A stretch of 57,195 bases of DNA, taken from positions 1 through 57,195 of the IMG/VR virus record IMGVR_UViG_3300021560_000003. One strand, given 5' to 3'. The stretch's first letter is position 1, and each line of letters opens with the position of its first letter. Below the pieces are notes generated by a model that saw only the letters and a program-made list of their open reading frames with translations, was not told the origin of the DNA and ran no database searches. The stretch is from a virus (taxonomy: Duplodnaviria > Caudoviricetes). A program made the translations under genes and the position numbers. Below, in pieces: positions 8,763 to 17,149 of this stretch.

Positions 8763-8960
8763 TCATTTGTGCGAGTGCTTGCGGAGCCCGTTGCCCCGGC
8801 ACACCGGCGGCGGCGGCGGGGCAATGTCGTCGAGCACCTCGACCAGGTCGCGTAGCCCGTCGGATAGCTTTCCGATATCCTCCACGAGCAATTGCCGCGC
8901 CTGTTCGACGGCGGCGCGCGCGCCGGCGATGCGCTGGCGCGTTGGTTCGTCTAGGTCCAT
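8763..8960 (-). CDS. Small coiled-coil hypothetical protein
   Basis: GGGGG RBS before ATG; amphipathic helix. Confidence 0.5.
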   Translation of the reverse strand: MDLDEPTRQRIAGARAAVEQARQLLVEDIGKLSDGLRDLVEVLDDIAPPPPPVCRGNGLRKHSHK

Positions 8961-8996
8961 CGCTGGCCCCCATTTTTTTGCCCCCGGTTGGCAATG

Positions 8997-9404
8997 TCAG
9001 CCGCGCAGCCCTTGCACGTCGGCGCGTAGTAGCGCGATCTCGCCGCGCAGCGCGGCACCCTCGGCACGTTGCTCGACGCGCATCGCGGCGAGCTGCTCGG
9101 CCAGCGCGTCAAAGCCGCGCGCCAGCTGCTCCAGCTGCCGCGCCAGCTCGGCGGTGGTCGGCGGCGGCGGAAAAATGAAATCGCGCGCCGCCGGAAACAG
9201 CGCGAGGAGCTGGTCGAGCCGGGCGACGGTCCAGCCACGGCCGCCGCGCAGCATTTTCGCCATGCTCGGGCTGACGTCGAGGTCGCGCGCGATGCGCTTA
9301 TCCTTGGCGCCCCCGGTATAGTTAATCCCGAGGAAGACCCCGGCTCTGGCGGCAATGCCGCTGTCCAAATCGCCAGCATCGCTATCCCTTCGGGCTCTCG
9401 CCAC
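8997..9404 (-). CDS. HTH regulator with C-terminal coiled coil (cII position)
   Basis: KRIARDLDVSPSMAKMLRGGRGWT HTH; between cro-like and replication genes. Confidence 0.65.
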   Translation of the reverse strand: MARARRDSDAGDLDSGIAARAGVFLGINYTGGAKDKRIARDLDVSPSMAKMLRGGRGWTVARLDQLLALFPAARDFIFPPPPTTAELARQLEQLARGFDALAEQLAAMRVEQRAEGAALRGEIALLRADVQGLRG

Positions 9405-9432
9405 GGCGGGGCAGCGCGCCGATTATCGCGCG

Positions 9433-9792
9433 GTGATTTTGCCGTCTCCTGACACGCGGCGCTGGACCGCTGGGCGCAAGGCCACGGTGGTGATCGCCGT
9501 GCGTATGGACGTCCTCACCGCCGAGGAAGCATGCGCCCGCTGGCAGCTTTCGCCCGAGGAATTGGCCGAGTGGGAGCGAGCCTGGGAGGCCGCCGGCATG
9601 CGCGGGCTGCATGTGACGATGGGGCCGCGCGGGCACTGGCGTCGGCGCCGGCCGAGGAAACGAGACGGCAATCATGCGGCCTCGCAGCAACAAGGCCGGT
9701 GCAGCAGCGACGCCAACTCGGCGCCGGTGATCGCGGAGAACGGCTCGACGAGGTCGACCGGCAGTGGCGAGCGCGTCTCGTATTTGCGGTAG
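9433..9792 (+). CDS. sciP: SciP/DUF1153 homolog (CtrA inhibitor family)
   Basis: LPSPDTRRWTAGRKATVVIAVRMDVLTAEEACARWQLSPEELAEWERAWEAAGMRGLHVT matches the recalled SciP pattern LPP.dT.RW..RRKA.VV.AV..GLL..eEAC.RY.L..EEf..W......G..GLR.T; start uncertain. Confidence 0.85.
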   Translation: MILPSPDTRRWTAGRKATVVIAVRMDVLTAEEACARWQLSPEELAEWERAWEAAGMRGLHVTMGPRGHWRRRRPRKRDGNHAASQQQGRCSSDANSAPVIAENGSTRSTGSGERVSYLR

Positions 9793-9917
9793 GCGTCGAT
9801 CGTGACACCGAGCGCATGCGCCATCTCGGCGGGCGTGAGGCCGCGCGCGACGCGGAACGAGCGAACCCGCGTGCAAAACCAGTGCGGTGATCCTCGCCGA
9901 ACAGCCTCTGGCGGCAA
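9672..9917 (-). CDS. XRE-family HTH regulator (cro position)
   Basis: FCTRVRSFRVARGLTPAEMAHALGVTIDAYRKYETRSPLP; TTG start with GGTGGGG RBS; C-terminal part of ORF 9672-10730. Confidence 0.8.
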   Translation of the reverse strand: MPPEAVRRGSPHWFCTRVRSFRVARGLTPAEMAHALGVTIDAYRKYETRSPLPVDLVEPFSAITGAELASLLHRPCCCEAA

Positions 9918-9937
9918 AAGGCGCCCCCCACCATGAG

Positions 9938-10029
9938 CGGACAATCTGTCGCGACCCTTAATTGGACAAATCGTCCACCGAGTCAAGCGTTGGAAAACTG
10001 GGCACCTGTGCCCGCCGACGGATTGTCGA
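9938..10029. promoter_or_regulatory. OR-like operator region between the divergent HTH genes
   Basis: TGGAC-AAATC-GTCCA at 9963-9977, flanked by degenerate CGGAC-AATCT-GTCGC (9938) and CCGAC-GGATT-GTCGA (10015). Confidence 0.75.
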
Positions 10030-10040
10030 CACTTGGCAAC

Positions 10041-10331
10041 ATGCCGTTGCCGCCGCGCTCGCATTTTCTCAAGGCATTCTGCGGCCGAGTGCGGGCCGCG
10101 CGGCTGGGTGCCGGGCTGACCCAGGCCGAGGTCGCCGAGGCGCTGCGCGTCGACAAGTGGACCTACAGCAAATACGAAAAGCGGACGCCGCTGCCGCATC
10201 ACCTGATCGAGCCGTTCGCCGCCACCACCGGCAGCGATATCGTCTACCTGCTGACCGGGCGGCGGCCGCGGCAATGCAGCGACGAGCAATCGCCGGTCAG
10301 CGAGCCTGCAGAGGCTATCGGCGCCGGCTAA
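10041..10331 (+). CDS. XRE-family HTH repressor (cI position), no S24 peptidase domain
   Basis: FCGRVRAARLGAGLTQAEVAEALRVDKWTYSKYEKRTPLP; flanked by operators on both sides. Confidence 0.85.
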   Translation: MPLPPRSHFLKAFCGRVRAARLGAGLTQAEVAEALRVDKWTYSKYEKRTPLPHHLIEPFAATTGSDIVYLLTGRRPRQCSDEQSPVSEPAEAIGAG

Positions 10332-10354
10332 AAAAACCCTTGTTCGCCGCGCAG

Positions 10355-10409
10355 TTGGACAAATCGTCCAAATAGGCGCTTGACTGGACAAATCGTCCAG
10401 TCTTAGCCT
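10355..10409 (+). promoter_or_regulatory. OL-like operators and early promoter
   Basis: Two exact TGGACAAATCGTCCA copies (10356-10370, 10385-10399); the second lies between TTGACT (10380) and TAGCCT. Confidence 0.8.
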
Positions 10410-10442
10410 CGCACCCACTCTGGCCCGAGGGGGAGGGGTGCT

Positions 10443-10712
10443 GTGCCGGAAAATCACACCGATTCCGATTCTGTCCGCTTTGCGCTCGTCTGCAAGGAGC
10501 TGCGCACCGGCGCCGAGCTTGAGCTGAGCGCGCCGGTCGCGCCCGAGCTGGTGGCGCGGAAGCTGGCGACGATTATCGGCTGTCTTGGCGATTTGGCGCC
10601 GCACCAGACGCGTGCGCTGCTGTTGCAGGTAGCGCGGCAGGCGATCGGCGCAATTGCCGAGCTCGACCGCCGCAGCGCGGCGCCAGGAGCCGTTGGGGCG
10701 GCTGCGCAATGA
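10443..10712 (+). CDS. Hypothetical protein, first gene of the early operon
   Basis: GGAGGGG RBS, GTG start, ATGA overlap with next gene. Confidence 0.65.
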   Translation: MPENHTDSDSVRFALVCKELRTGAELELSAPVAPELVARKLATIIGCLGDLAPHQTRALLLQVARQAIGAIAELDRRSAAPGAVGAAAQ

Positions 10713-11062
10713 GCGGCGCCCGAGGCCCAATGGCGGGAATTGCGGCGCAGCCCTCGGCGCCGCCGTATGGGCTGACCCGGCGCCAGCGCGAGACGCTGCT
10801 GGTCATCCAGGAATTGATCGACGCCGGCACGCCGCCGAGCTTTGCCGAGATCTGCGCCGAGCTCGAATTCGCCAGCCGCGCGCACGCCTACCAGACGGTG
10901 CGGCGGCTGCAGGCCCGCGGCTGGCTTGATTGGCGGCCGCATTGCGCGCGCTCGTTTCGCCTGCTGCGCCGCTTGCCAATGCCGCCCGAGCCGGTGTTCG
11001 TCGGCACCTTTCAGGCGCCGGCGCTGGCCGCCCAATGGGCCAATGATGAGGCCTCGGGGTGA
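10709..11062 (+). CDS. LexA-type DNA-binding domain only protein
   Basis: LTRRQRETLLVIQE....GTPPSFAEIC..L.FASRAHAYQTVRRLQARGWL....ARS. Confidence 0.85.
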   Translation: MSGARGPMAGIAAQPSAPPYGLTRRQRETLLVIQELIDAGTPPSFAEICAELEFASRAHAYQTVRRLQARGWLDWRPHCARSFRLLRRLPMPPEPVFVGTFQAPALAAQWANDEASG

Positions 11063-11481
11063 TCGGCGCCGAGCGGCTGGCGGCCGAGACCGCCTTTATC
11101 CCGCTGGGGCGCGAGATCGCGCACGAGCATGTCGACTGGATCCGCGGCGAGGGCGTGCTGACCGCCCAGGACCTCGGCCGCCCGCTTGGCCGGGTGACGC
11201 TGACCTGGGAGGACGCCGAGCTCGTGATCGCCTTGGGCTGGGAGGACCACTGCGGCCCGCAGGGCCAACGAGGAGAGGACCATGACAATGACCGAAATCA
11301 CGCCGGTGCGCCCGGCGCCGAACGCGCTGGTGCTCCTCCCCTGGAACGAGCTGCACCCCTCGCCGCTGAACCCACGCCGGCACGAGGAGACCGCCGACCC
11401 GGGGCTCGTCGAGAGCATCAGCAGGCGCGGCGTGCAGCAAAACATTGGCGTCCGCGCGCGCGTTGCCGGCGGCGGCTATGA
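11059..11481 (+). CDS. Hypothetical protein
   Basis: GTGA-coupled to upstream gene but overlaps parB by 200 bp. Confidence 0.3.
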   Translation: MIGAERLAAETAFIPLGREIAHEHVDWIRGEGVLTAQDLGRPLGRVTLTWEDAELVIALGWEDHCGPQGQRGEDHDNDRNHAGAPGAERAGAPPLERAAPLAAEPTPARGDRRPGARREHQQARRAAKHWRPRARCRRRL

Positions 11482-13051
11482 GCTCGTTTGGGGCGCGCGC
11501 CGCTATGCGGCGGTCGGCGCGCTGGTCGGCGCCGGCCGCTGGTCGAGCGATGTCCCGGTGCCGTGCCGGATCGTCGAGTACAGCGATGCCGAAGTCATTG
11601 CCGCGGCGGTCGACGAGAACCTCAAGCGCTCCGACCTTACAGTCCTCGAAGAGGGCGATGCCTATTGCCGGCTGGCCGACGAGTTCCACTGGCCGGTCGA
11701 CCGGATCGCCGACGAGACCGAGCAGCCGCTAAGCCGGGTGCGCCGGCGCATGGCGCTTGCCCGCCGCCTGGCGCCGGAGGGCCGCGAGGCGCTCGACGCC
11801 AAGGTCATCACCGCGGCGCAGGCAATGGAGCTGGCGAAGGCCGAGGCCGACCAACAGCGCGGGCTGTTGCGGGACATCGTGGCGCGGCCCGGCCAATGGA
11901 ACCCCGACACTATTCGCCGCATGCTGACCCCGAAGGGCGCGATCCCGCTGTCGCTCGCGGAGTTCCCGGTCGCGCTCTACCAGGGGCCGAGCGAGCCGCG
12001 CGATCTCTTCGACGACCCGAGCGAGGCCTACGCCTACGACGCGGCCGAGTTCCGGCGCCTGCAGCTGGAGGCCTGCGAGCAGAAGAAGGCCGCGCTCGAA
12101 AAGACCTGGTCATGGGTCGAGATCAAGATCGGCGGCGCCTGGGCGCCGGTGTGGGAATACGACCGCGACGCGGCGCCGGCCGAGGGCGGCGCGATCATCC
12201 ATTTCCGCGAGGACTCGCGGGTCGAGGTCCACACCGGGCTGCGCCGCCGCGCGCCGCCAACGGGATTGGAAGCGGCGCTGCCGGCGCGCCGCCCCGGGAC
12301 CCTCGGGCGAGGCCTCGATGAACTCATGCGCGGGAACGGCGGCGGCGCGGCACCAGCCGAGCCGCCAGCCGAAAGGGCGCCAACGATGCCGCTGGCGCGC
12401 GCGCACATGGTCTGGGCGCGCCACGAAAAGTCGCGCCGCCTGCAAAATGCGATCGCGCGCGAAGCGGACGCGCAGACGGCGTTGTCGCTGATGATCCTGC
12501 GCCTGCTCGGCCGCGACCGCGCCCGCGAGGTGCACCTTGCCGTCGAGGATTCGTTTGCCCCCGACGACCGCATCGAAAACCGGCCGCTCGACGAGCGGCG
12601 CGCCGAGCGGTTGGCGCCGCTGCGCCTGCTGACCAGCGATGTCGAGCTCTACGGCGCGCTCGTCGAGATGCCGTGGGGTGATCGGCTGGCGCTGTTCGCG
12701 GCGCTGTTTGCGCCGCTGTTTGCGAGCTGGTGCGGCTATGAGCCCGATATCGGCGACAGCCCGCTCGTCGTCGCCGTCGCCGGCGAGCTCGGTCTCGGCG
12801 CCGAGGAGCCGTTCGGCATGAACGCTGCCTACCTTGAGCGCCTGCCGCGCGCCGGGCTCCTGCGCGTGGCGCGCGCCTGCGGCGCGCTCGAGGCGGTCTC
12901 GACGCACGCCAAGAAGGGCGAGCTCGTCGACGCGATCCTGTTCGCCGACGACCGGGATCCGGCGTGGTATCCGCCCGAGCTCAAATTCGCCCTCAAGGCC
13001 CAGGTCCTCGCCGAGCTCGGCGCCGGGCCGGCCGCCGCGGCCGCCGAATAA
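11282..13051 (+). CDS. parB: ParB/RepB/Spo0J family protein (long, ICE/plasmid type)
   Basis: LHPSPLNPRR, LVESI..RGVQQNI.VR, YELVWGARRYAA, ENLKRSDL..LEE motifs; RBS AGGAGAGG. Confidence 0.9.
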   Translation: MTMTEITPVRPAPNALVLLPWNELHPSPLNPRRHEETADPGLVESISRRGVQQNIGVRARVAGGGYELVWGARRYAAVGALVGAGRWSSDVPVPCRIVEYSDAEVIAAAVDENLKRSDLTVLEEGDAYCRLADEFHWPVDRIADETEQPLSRVRRRMALARRLAPEGREALDAKVITAAQAMELAKAEADQQRGLLRDIVARPGQWNPDTIRRMLTPKGAIPLSLAEFPVALYQGPSEPRDLFDDPSEAYAYDAAEFRRLQLEACEQKKAALEKTWSWVEIKIGGAWAPVWEYDRDAAPAEGGAIIHFREDSRVEVHTGLRRRAPPTGLEAALPARRPGTLGRGLDELMRGNGGGAAPAEPPAERAPTMPLARAHMVWARHEKSRRLQNAIAREADAQTALSLMILRLLGRDRAREVHLAVEDSFAPDDRIENRPLDERRAERLAPLRLLTSDVELYGALVEMPWGDRLALFAALFAPLFASWCGYEPDIGDSPLVVAVAGELGLGAEEPFGMNAAYLERLPRAGLLRVARACGALEAVSTHAKKGELVDAILFADDRDPAWYPPELKFALKAQVLAELGAGPAAAAAE

Positions 13052-13067
13052 TGGGAGGAAGAAAAAA

Positions 13068-13619
13068 ATGCCCCTCTATCTGTACCGCTGGCCCAACAGC
13101 GACCTCAGCGTGGTCTATGCCCGCGATCGGCTGCATGCCGCCGACCTTCTCGACCAATGGGGCAACGCCGACCCCGAGCGCCTGATCACGGTTCCTCTCA
13201 GCGACGGAGGGACGGACTGGGGCTTGGCGATCGATTTTACCCTCAATAAACGCGGCAAATTCGACCTGAACCCTGAGACCGGCATGGGCGGGAATGGGTT
13301 TAGCGAGGAATTCTACGCGGGACGCCTGGGCCGCACGATTGAGCGGCTATACCCGCGGCTCACCGCCGCCGAGAGGGAGATCGGCGACGAGCTCGACAAC
13401 CCTTATCGCTATTGGTCGCGGGAGACAAAGGACAAGGTCGCCGCTGCCGTCGCCGCCGAGGACCAGAGGGACGAATACCAGAAGCCGGGGCCGACCGGCG
13501 ACGCTGACGTCGACCGGATCGCGTCAGCTATCGACATGCATCCTGCGCTGGTCGCCACGCTTCCGCGACGGCGGGCGCTTCGGTCCAGCAATGGGTCGGC
13601 CAAGCCGCCGCGGCGATGA
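13068..13619 (+). CDS. Hypothetical protein
   Basis: GGAGG RBS; MPLYLYRWPNSDLSVVYA. Confidence 0.7.
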   Translation: MPLYLYRWPNSDLSVVYARDRLHAADLLDQWGNADPERLITVPLSDGGTDWGLAIDFTLNKRGKFDLNPETGMGGNGFSEEFYAGRLGRTIERLYPRLTAAEREIGDELDNPYRYWSRETKDKVAAAVAAEDQRDEYQKPGPTGDADVDRIASAIDMHPALVATLPRRRALRSSNGSAKPPRR

Positions 13620-13903
13620 CGGCTGATGAGGCCGCGCACACCGACCTGTTCGATTGGGCTGATCAGCAGCACGAAAACCTCGACCGCGTCACCTCGAAAC
13701 TGAGCGGGCCGATATTGGCGTTCTGCCGGCTGCATCGGGATTTCCACATGGAGGACCTGCGCCTCTATTTGCGCGGGCAGTCGGTCGATTTCGCGCCTGA
13801 CAGTCCGAGCCGCATCCTGCGCGAGCTACGGCTGCGGGGTGCCGTGGATTACGTGATCACCAACCGCCGGCAATCGGCCTATCGGGTGGTGTCAGTGAGG
13901 TGA
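13616..13903 (+). CDS. Hypothetical winged-helix-like protein
   Basis: ATGA-coupled; APDSPSRILRELR..G.VDY. Confidence 0.65.
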   Translation: MTADEAAHTDLFDWADQQHENLDRVTSKLSGPILAFCRLHRDFHMEDLRLYLRGQSVDFAPDSPSRILRELRLRGAVDYVITNRRQSAYRVVSVR

Positions 13904-14187
13904 AGATGACGATCGCGTCGCGGCCGGGCTTTGATTGGAGCCGGGTCAACTGGCTGGGCCCTGACCAGCCGATCATCGCCGACGGCGAGGATCTCGAACG
14001 CTGCTCCTATTGCGGCGACGAAATTCCCGACGACCGGGTGCCGCTGCGGATATGGGACGAGCTCGGCTGGGGCGCGGTGTTCTGCGGCCATTGCGAGGCC
14101 GCGTGCTGGGGCTTGCAGAGTTTCGACGACCAGGTCGAGCCGCGCGACGAGGCCGAGGTGCGCCGCCGGCGCGAGCGAGGCGGGTGA
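13900..14187 (+). CDS. Small Cys-motif hypothetical protein
   Basis: CSYC...CGHC; coupled both sides. Confidence 0.65.
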   Translation: MKMTIASRPGFDWSRVNWLGPDQPIIADGEDLERCSYCGDEIPDDRVPLRIWDELGWGAVFCGHCEAACWGLQSFDDQVEPRDEAEVRRRRERGG

Positions 14188-14513
14188 TGGCGCGCAAGCG
14201 AGTGAGGCGATGGGTCGACTGGATCTCGCTCGGCGAGGCCGCGGCGCAGCTCGGCGTGTCGGAAAAAACCGTGAAGCGGCGGCTCGCCGAGGCCGGGATC
14301 CTGGTGCCGCGGGTCGGGCGCGCGCCGCAGCTGACCAGGGGTGACTTTGACCGCCTCGTCGAGTCGACGCGCGGGCGCGGGCAGCCGCAGCCGACCACTA
14401 CCGAGGCGCCGCCGCCGCCGCGCCGCGGACGGTACGGCCGCGAGACCGACCGGCTCGTCGCGCGGGTGCGGGGGCAGCCGGTCGTCGCGCTCGACCTGGA
14501 GCGGAAAAATTAG
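14187..14513 (+). CDS. xis: Excisionase-like HTH protein
   Basis: ISLGEAAAQLGVSEKTVKRRL...GR...LTRGDFDRLVE; TGATG coupling; upstream of int. Confidence 0.75.
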   Translation: MARKRVRRWVDWISLGEAAAQLGVSEKTVKRRLAEAGILVPRVGRAPQLTRGDFDRLVESTRGRGQPQPTTTEAPPPPRRGRYGRETDRLVARVRGQPVVALDLERKN

Positions 14514-14563
14514 GGCCATTGGCCCTATTTTTCGCTGGCACCATTAGGGCCATTGGCCCTAAT
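14511..14563. promoter_or_regulatory. Pair of 17-bp palindromic operators upstream of the integrase transcription unit
   Basis: TAGGGCCA-T-TGGCCCTA at 14511-14527 and 14545-14561. Confidence 0.8.
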
Positions 14564-14592
14564 ATGGTGGGCAGACGAAAGGAGCGCACCCA

Positions 14593-14913
14593 ATGGCAAC
14601 AGAGATCGAGATGGCCGCCGCCCGCCGGAAAATCGCCGAGATCGCCTACGAATTCGGCTCTCGGCCAGAAGAGGACCGCGCCGTCACCGAATGCGGCTGG
14701 CTCAATGGCAAAGTCACGCTAAAGGATGGGAGACAGTTTGCCGCCGGCGGCGGCTGGGTCGACACAACCGGCCTGGTCGAAGGCTACAATTACCGCGACG
14801 CCGGACAGGTCGACGAGCTCGCCGAGGCGCTCGGATTGGATACCGACGAGACGCTGCGGTTGCTGCGCGACGATTGCCCCGCCGAGTGGGCGCCGTACCG
14901 CGGAGGAGCATGA
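14593..14913 (+). CDS. Hypothetical protein between xis and int
   Basis: AAAGGAG RBS; ATGA-coupled to int. Confidence 0.75.
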   Translation: MATEIEMAAARRKIAEIAYEFGSRPEEDRAVTECGWLNGKVTLKDGRQFAAGGGWVDTTGLVEGYNYRDAGQVDELAEALGLDTDETLRLLRDDCPAEWAPYRGGA

Positions 14914-16004
14914 CGATGCCGTTCAAGCTCTACGCCCCCGGCACCCGCAAGGGGAACCCGCACTGGCTGGCGATCATCTCGGTCGGCGGCCGCCGCCACG
15001 AGCGGGCGCTGCGCACGACGAGCAAGCGCGAGGCGCAGCAAGTGGCGGCGCTGATCGAGGCCAAGATGGCGGCTGAAGCCGCCGCCGGCGGGCGGCCAGC
15101 GCGCGGCGATATCGTTACTTTTCGGACGGCGGCGCGGCTCTATGCCGATTTTCGCGGGCTCGACCTCGCCGACCCGAGAGCCAACCGCAGCCATTATAGG
15201 ACCGAGGCCAAAGCGATAAACCGGCTCGTCGAGTTTATAGGCAACGAGCCGGTCGGCCAAATCGGGCATCCCGACCTCGTCGCCGCCGCCAACAAATTGC
15301 TGCCGGCGGCGGCGGCGGCGACGCGCAACCGCTGGGTCATCAAGCCCGGCGCCGCGATCCTGCACTATGCCGCCGAGCAAAAATTTTGCGGCTGGGAGCG
15401 CATCAAGAAATTCAAGGAGCGGCGGCCCAAGCCCCGCCCGGTATCGCGTGACGTGGCCGCCGCCCTTGTCGCCGCGGCGCCGCCCGGGCCGCGCCGGCTG
15501 TTGCTGGTGTGGTTGTTTCGCCACGGCACCCGCATCACCGATACCTTGCAGCTACGCTGGGGCGACGACAATTTGCCGGACACGGTCGGGCAGATCGATT
15601 TAGCGCGGCAGCGCGTGACGATGTGGATCAGCAAGATCGACGAGCCGTCCGAAAAGGTGCTGCACCCCGAAATCGTCGAGATGCTGGCGGCGATCCCCGA
15701 GGCCGAGCGAGTGGGGCCGCTGTTTCCGTGGCGCACCAGGTCAGGCGTCTATCGTTGGCTGCGGCCGCTCGCGCAAAAACTCGGGATCAGGTTCAGCCCG
15801 CACATGGGGCGCCACTCGGTCGCCACCTGGCTTCATCAGGACGGCGCCAGCCTGCACACGATCATGGAGGCGCTCGACCATCACGACCCGGCCTCGTCGA
15901 TCCGCTATCAGGCCGGCGATATCGAGGGCGTCGCCGCCGCGACCGCGCGGTTTGCGCCGCTGTTGCCGCGCCCTATCGACCAACGGCGGGCCGGCAATGG
16001 CTGA
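14910..16004 (+). CDS. int: Tyrosine integrase
   Basis: GTR (R), HMGRH (HxxR), LDH, IRY catalytic residues; N-terminal arm-binding domain; GGAGG RBS. Confidence 0.93.
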   Translation: MTMPFKLYAPGTRKGNPHWLAIISVGGRRHERALRTTSKREAQQVAALIEAKMAAEAAAGGRPARGDIVTFRTAARLYADFRGLDLADPRANRSHYRTEAKAINRLVEFIGNEPVGQIGHPDLVAAANKLLPAAAAATRNRWVIKPGAAILHYAAEQKFCGWERIKKFKERRPKPRPVSRDVAAALVAAAPPGPRRLLLVWLFRHGTRITDTLQLRWGDDNLPDTVGQIDLARQRVTMWISKIDEPSEKVLHPEIVEMLAAIPEAERVGPLFPWRTRSGVYRWLRPLAQKLGIRFSPHMGRHSVATWLHQDGASLHTIMEALDHHDPASSIRYQAGDIEGVAAATARFAPLLPRPIDQRRAGNG

Positions 16005-16341
16005 CGCCGCCCCCGACCTGATGCGCCGCTGCCGCGAGGCGCTCGGCCTGACGGCCGAGGCCTTCGCCGGCCGGCTGCACCTTGGCCCCGGCGGCGGCGG
16101 CCGCACCGTGCGCCGCTGGGAGGCCGGCGACCGCGCGATCCCCGGCCCGGTGTGGGTGCTGCTGGGCTACATGATGGACGAGGCGCGCGAGCCCGAGCTG
16201 CGGCGCGAGATCGGCCGGCGGCTGCAGGAGGGCCGCCTGAATGCCGGACATCATCATTCCGCCCGGCGGCCAGCTCAAATTCGAGATCGAGGGCCCGGCC
16301 GGCGGCGCGGTCCATCTCGATGTCGAGCCGCCGCGCGATAG
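15997..16341 (+). CDS. XRE-family HTH protein
   Basis: REALGLTAEAFAGRL....GRTVRRWEAGDRAIPGPV. Confidence 0.8.
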   Translation: MADAAPDLMRRCREALGLTAEAFAGRLHLGPGGGGRTVRRWEAGDRAIPGPVWVLLGYMMDEAREPELRREIGRRLQEGRLNAGHHHSARRPAQIRDRGPGRRRGPSRCRAAAR

Positions 16342-16573
16342 GCAGATTGTCGATCCGACGGGGGGCCGGCCAGTCCGCGTCTCGACCTGGGTGCTGCCCG
16401 ACGCGATGGCGACCTATTTCCTCGGCATGGCGCTCGTCGACGCGACCCGCGCCGTCGAGCACAACAACGAGCTCCACGAGCGATCCCTGCGATGGCAGAA
16501 GCTCAGCACCGCGGCGGTTATCGCGTGCGGATCGGCGGCCGTCGCCTTGCTAGCGCTGCGGCTGATCCTATGA
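16241..16573 (+). CDS. Hypothetical protein with C-terminal TM
   Basis: AGGAGG RBS; hydrophobic C-terminus; ATGA overlap. Confidence 0.6.
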   Translation: MPDIIIPPGGQLKFEIEGPAGGAVHLDVEPPRDRQIVDPTGGRPVRVSTWVLPDAMATYFLGMALVDATRAVEHNNELHERSLRWQKLSTAAVIACGSAAVALLALRLIL

Positions 16574-16941
16574 GCGCGCTGGCTGACGAGGACGAGGTTC
16601 TCGCGCTCGGCTATTGGCGTGCCAAGCGCTTGCCGAGCGGCGAGTGGCTAGCCTTGCAGCCGCAAATCTTCACCTGGTCGCTGGTTATCGTCCGCGACAA
16701 GCAAAGCTGGCGGACGCGCTATTGCTACGAGGACCCTGCCGACGCCGCCGCGGCGTTTCTCGCCTGGGTCGGCGCCGGCGACCCGCCGGGGAATTGGGTC
16801 AAGCAAAAGCCCGAGGAGCGGCTCAACCCGCGCTGGCTCGCCGGCGCAAAGCGCGAGCTTGCGGCGCCGCCGGCGCCGACCTGTCCGGTCTGCGGTCGGC
16901 AATACTCAACGCTGCGAGGGTTTTGTCTTGGTCCGCATTAG
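16570..16941 (+). CDS. Hypothetical phage protein with C-terminal CPVC
   Basis: RYCYE...A..A...W.G.GDPPG.WVK motif. Confidence 0.7.
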   Translation: MSALADEDEVLALGYWRAKRLPSGEWLALQPQIFTWSLVIVRDKQSWRTRYCYEDPADAAAAFLAWVGAGDPPGNWVKQKPEERLNPRWLAGAKRELAAPPAPTCPVCGRQYSTLRGFCLGPH

Positions 16942-16954
16942 CGCGCTGCCGGGC

Positions 16955-17149
16955 ATGGCGCCGCCGCAGCCGCGCCGCGCCCGCCGCGAGCGCCGCGAGC
17001 TGTACGAGGCGGTCGTACATCTGCGCCGGCGCGGCAACCGGATCCACCGCGCCGGCCGCGAGCACAGCCTCGTCAACGGCCGGCGCGTACCGAACGCCGA
17101 GATCGAGCGGCTCGCCGCGCGCTTCACGGAGGCTGGCGATGAACGCTAG
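16955..17149 (+). CDS. Small basic hypothetical protein
   Basis: Fills the operon gap. Confidence 0.45.
   Translation: MAPPQPRRARRERRELYEAVVHLRRRGNRIHRAGREHSLVNGRRVPNAEIERLAARFTEAGDER

Noticed and set aside
9947-9953. TGTCGCG proposed SciP motif in the switch region
   Set aside because: A GC-rich 7-mer expected repeatedly by chance, and sequence-specific SciP binding is disputed
9918-10730. N-terminal extension of ORF 9672-10730
   Set aside because: Antisense to cI and operators; homology begins only near TTG 9917
14511-14563. Mini-CRISPR array
   Set aside because: Only two 17-bp palindromes with a 17-bp gap and no cas genes
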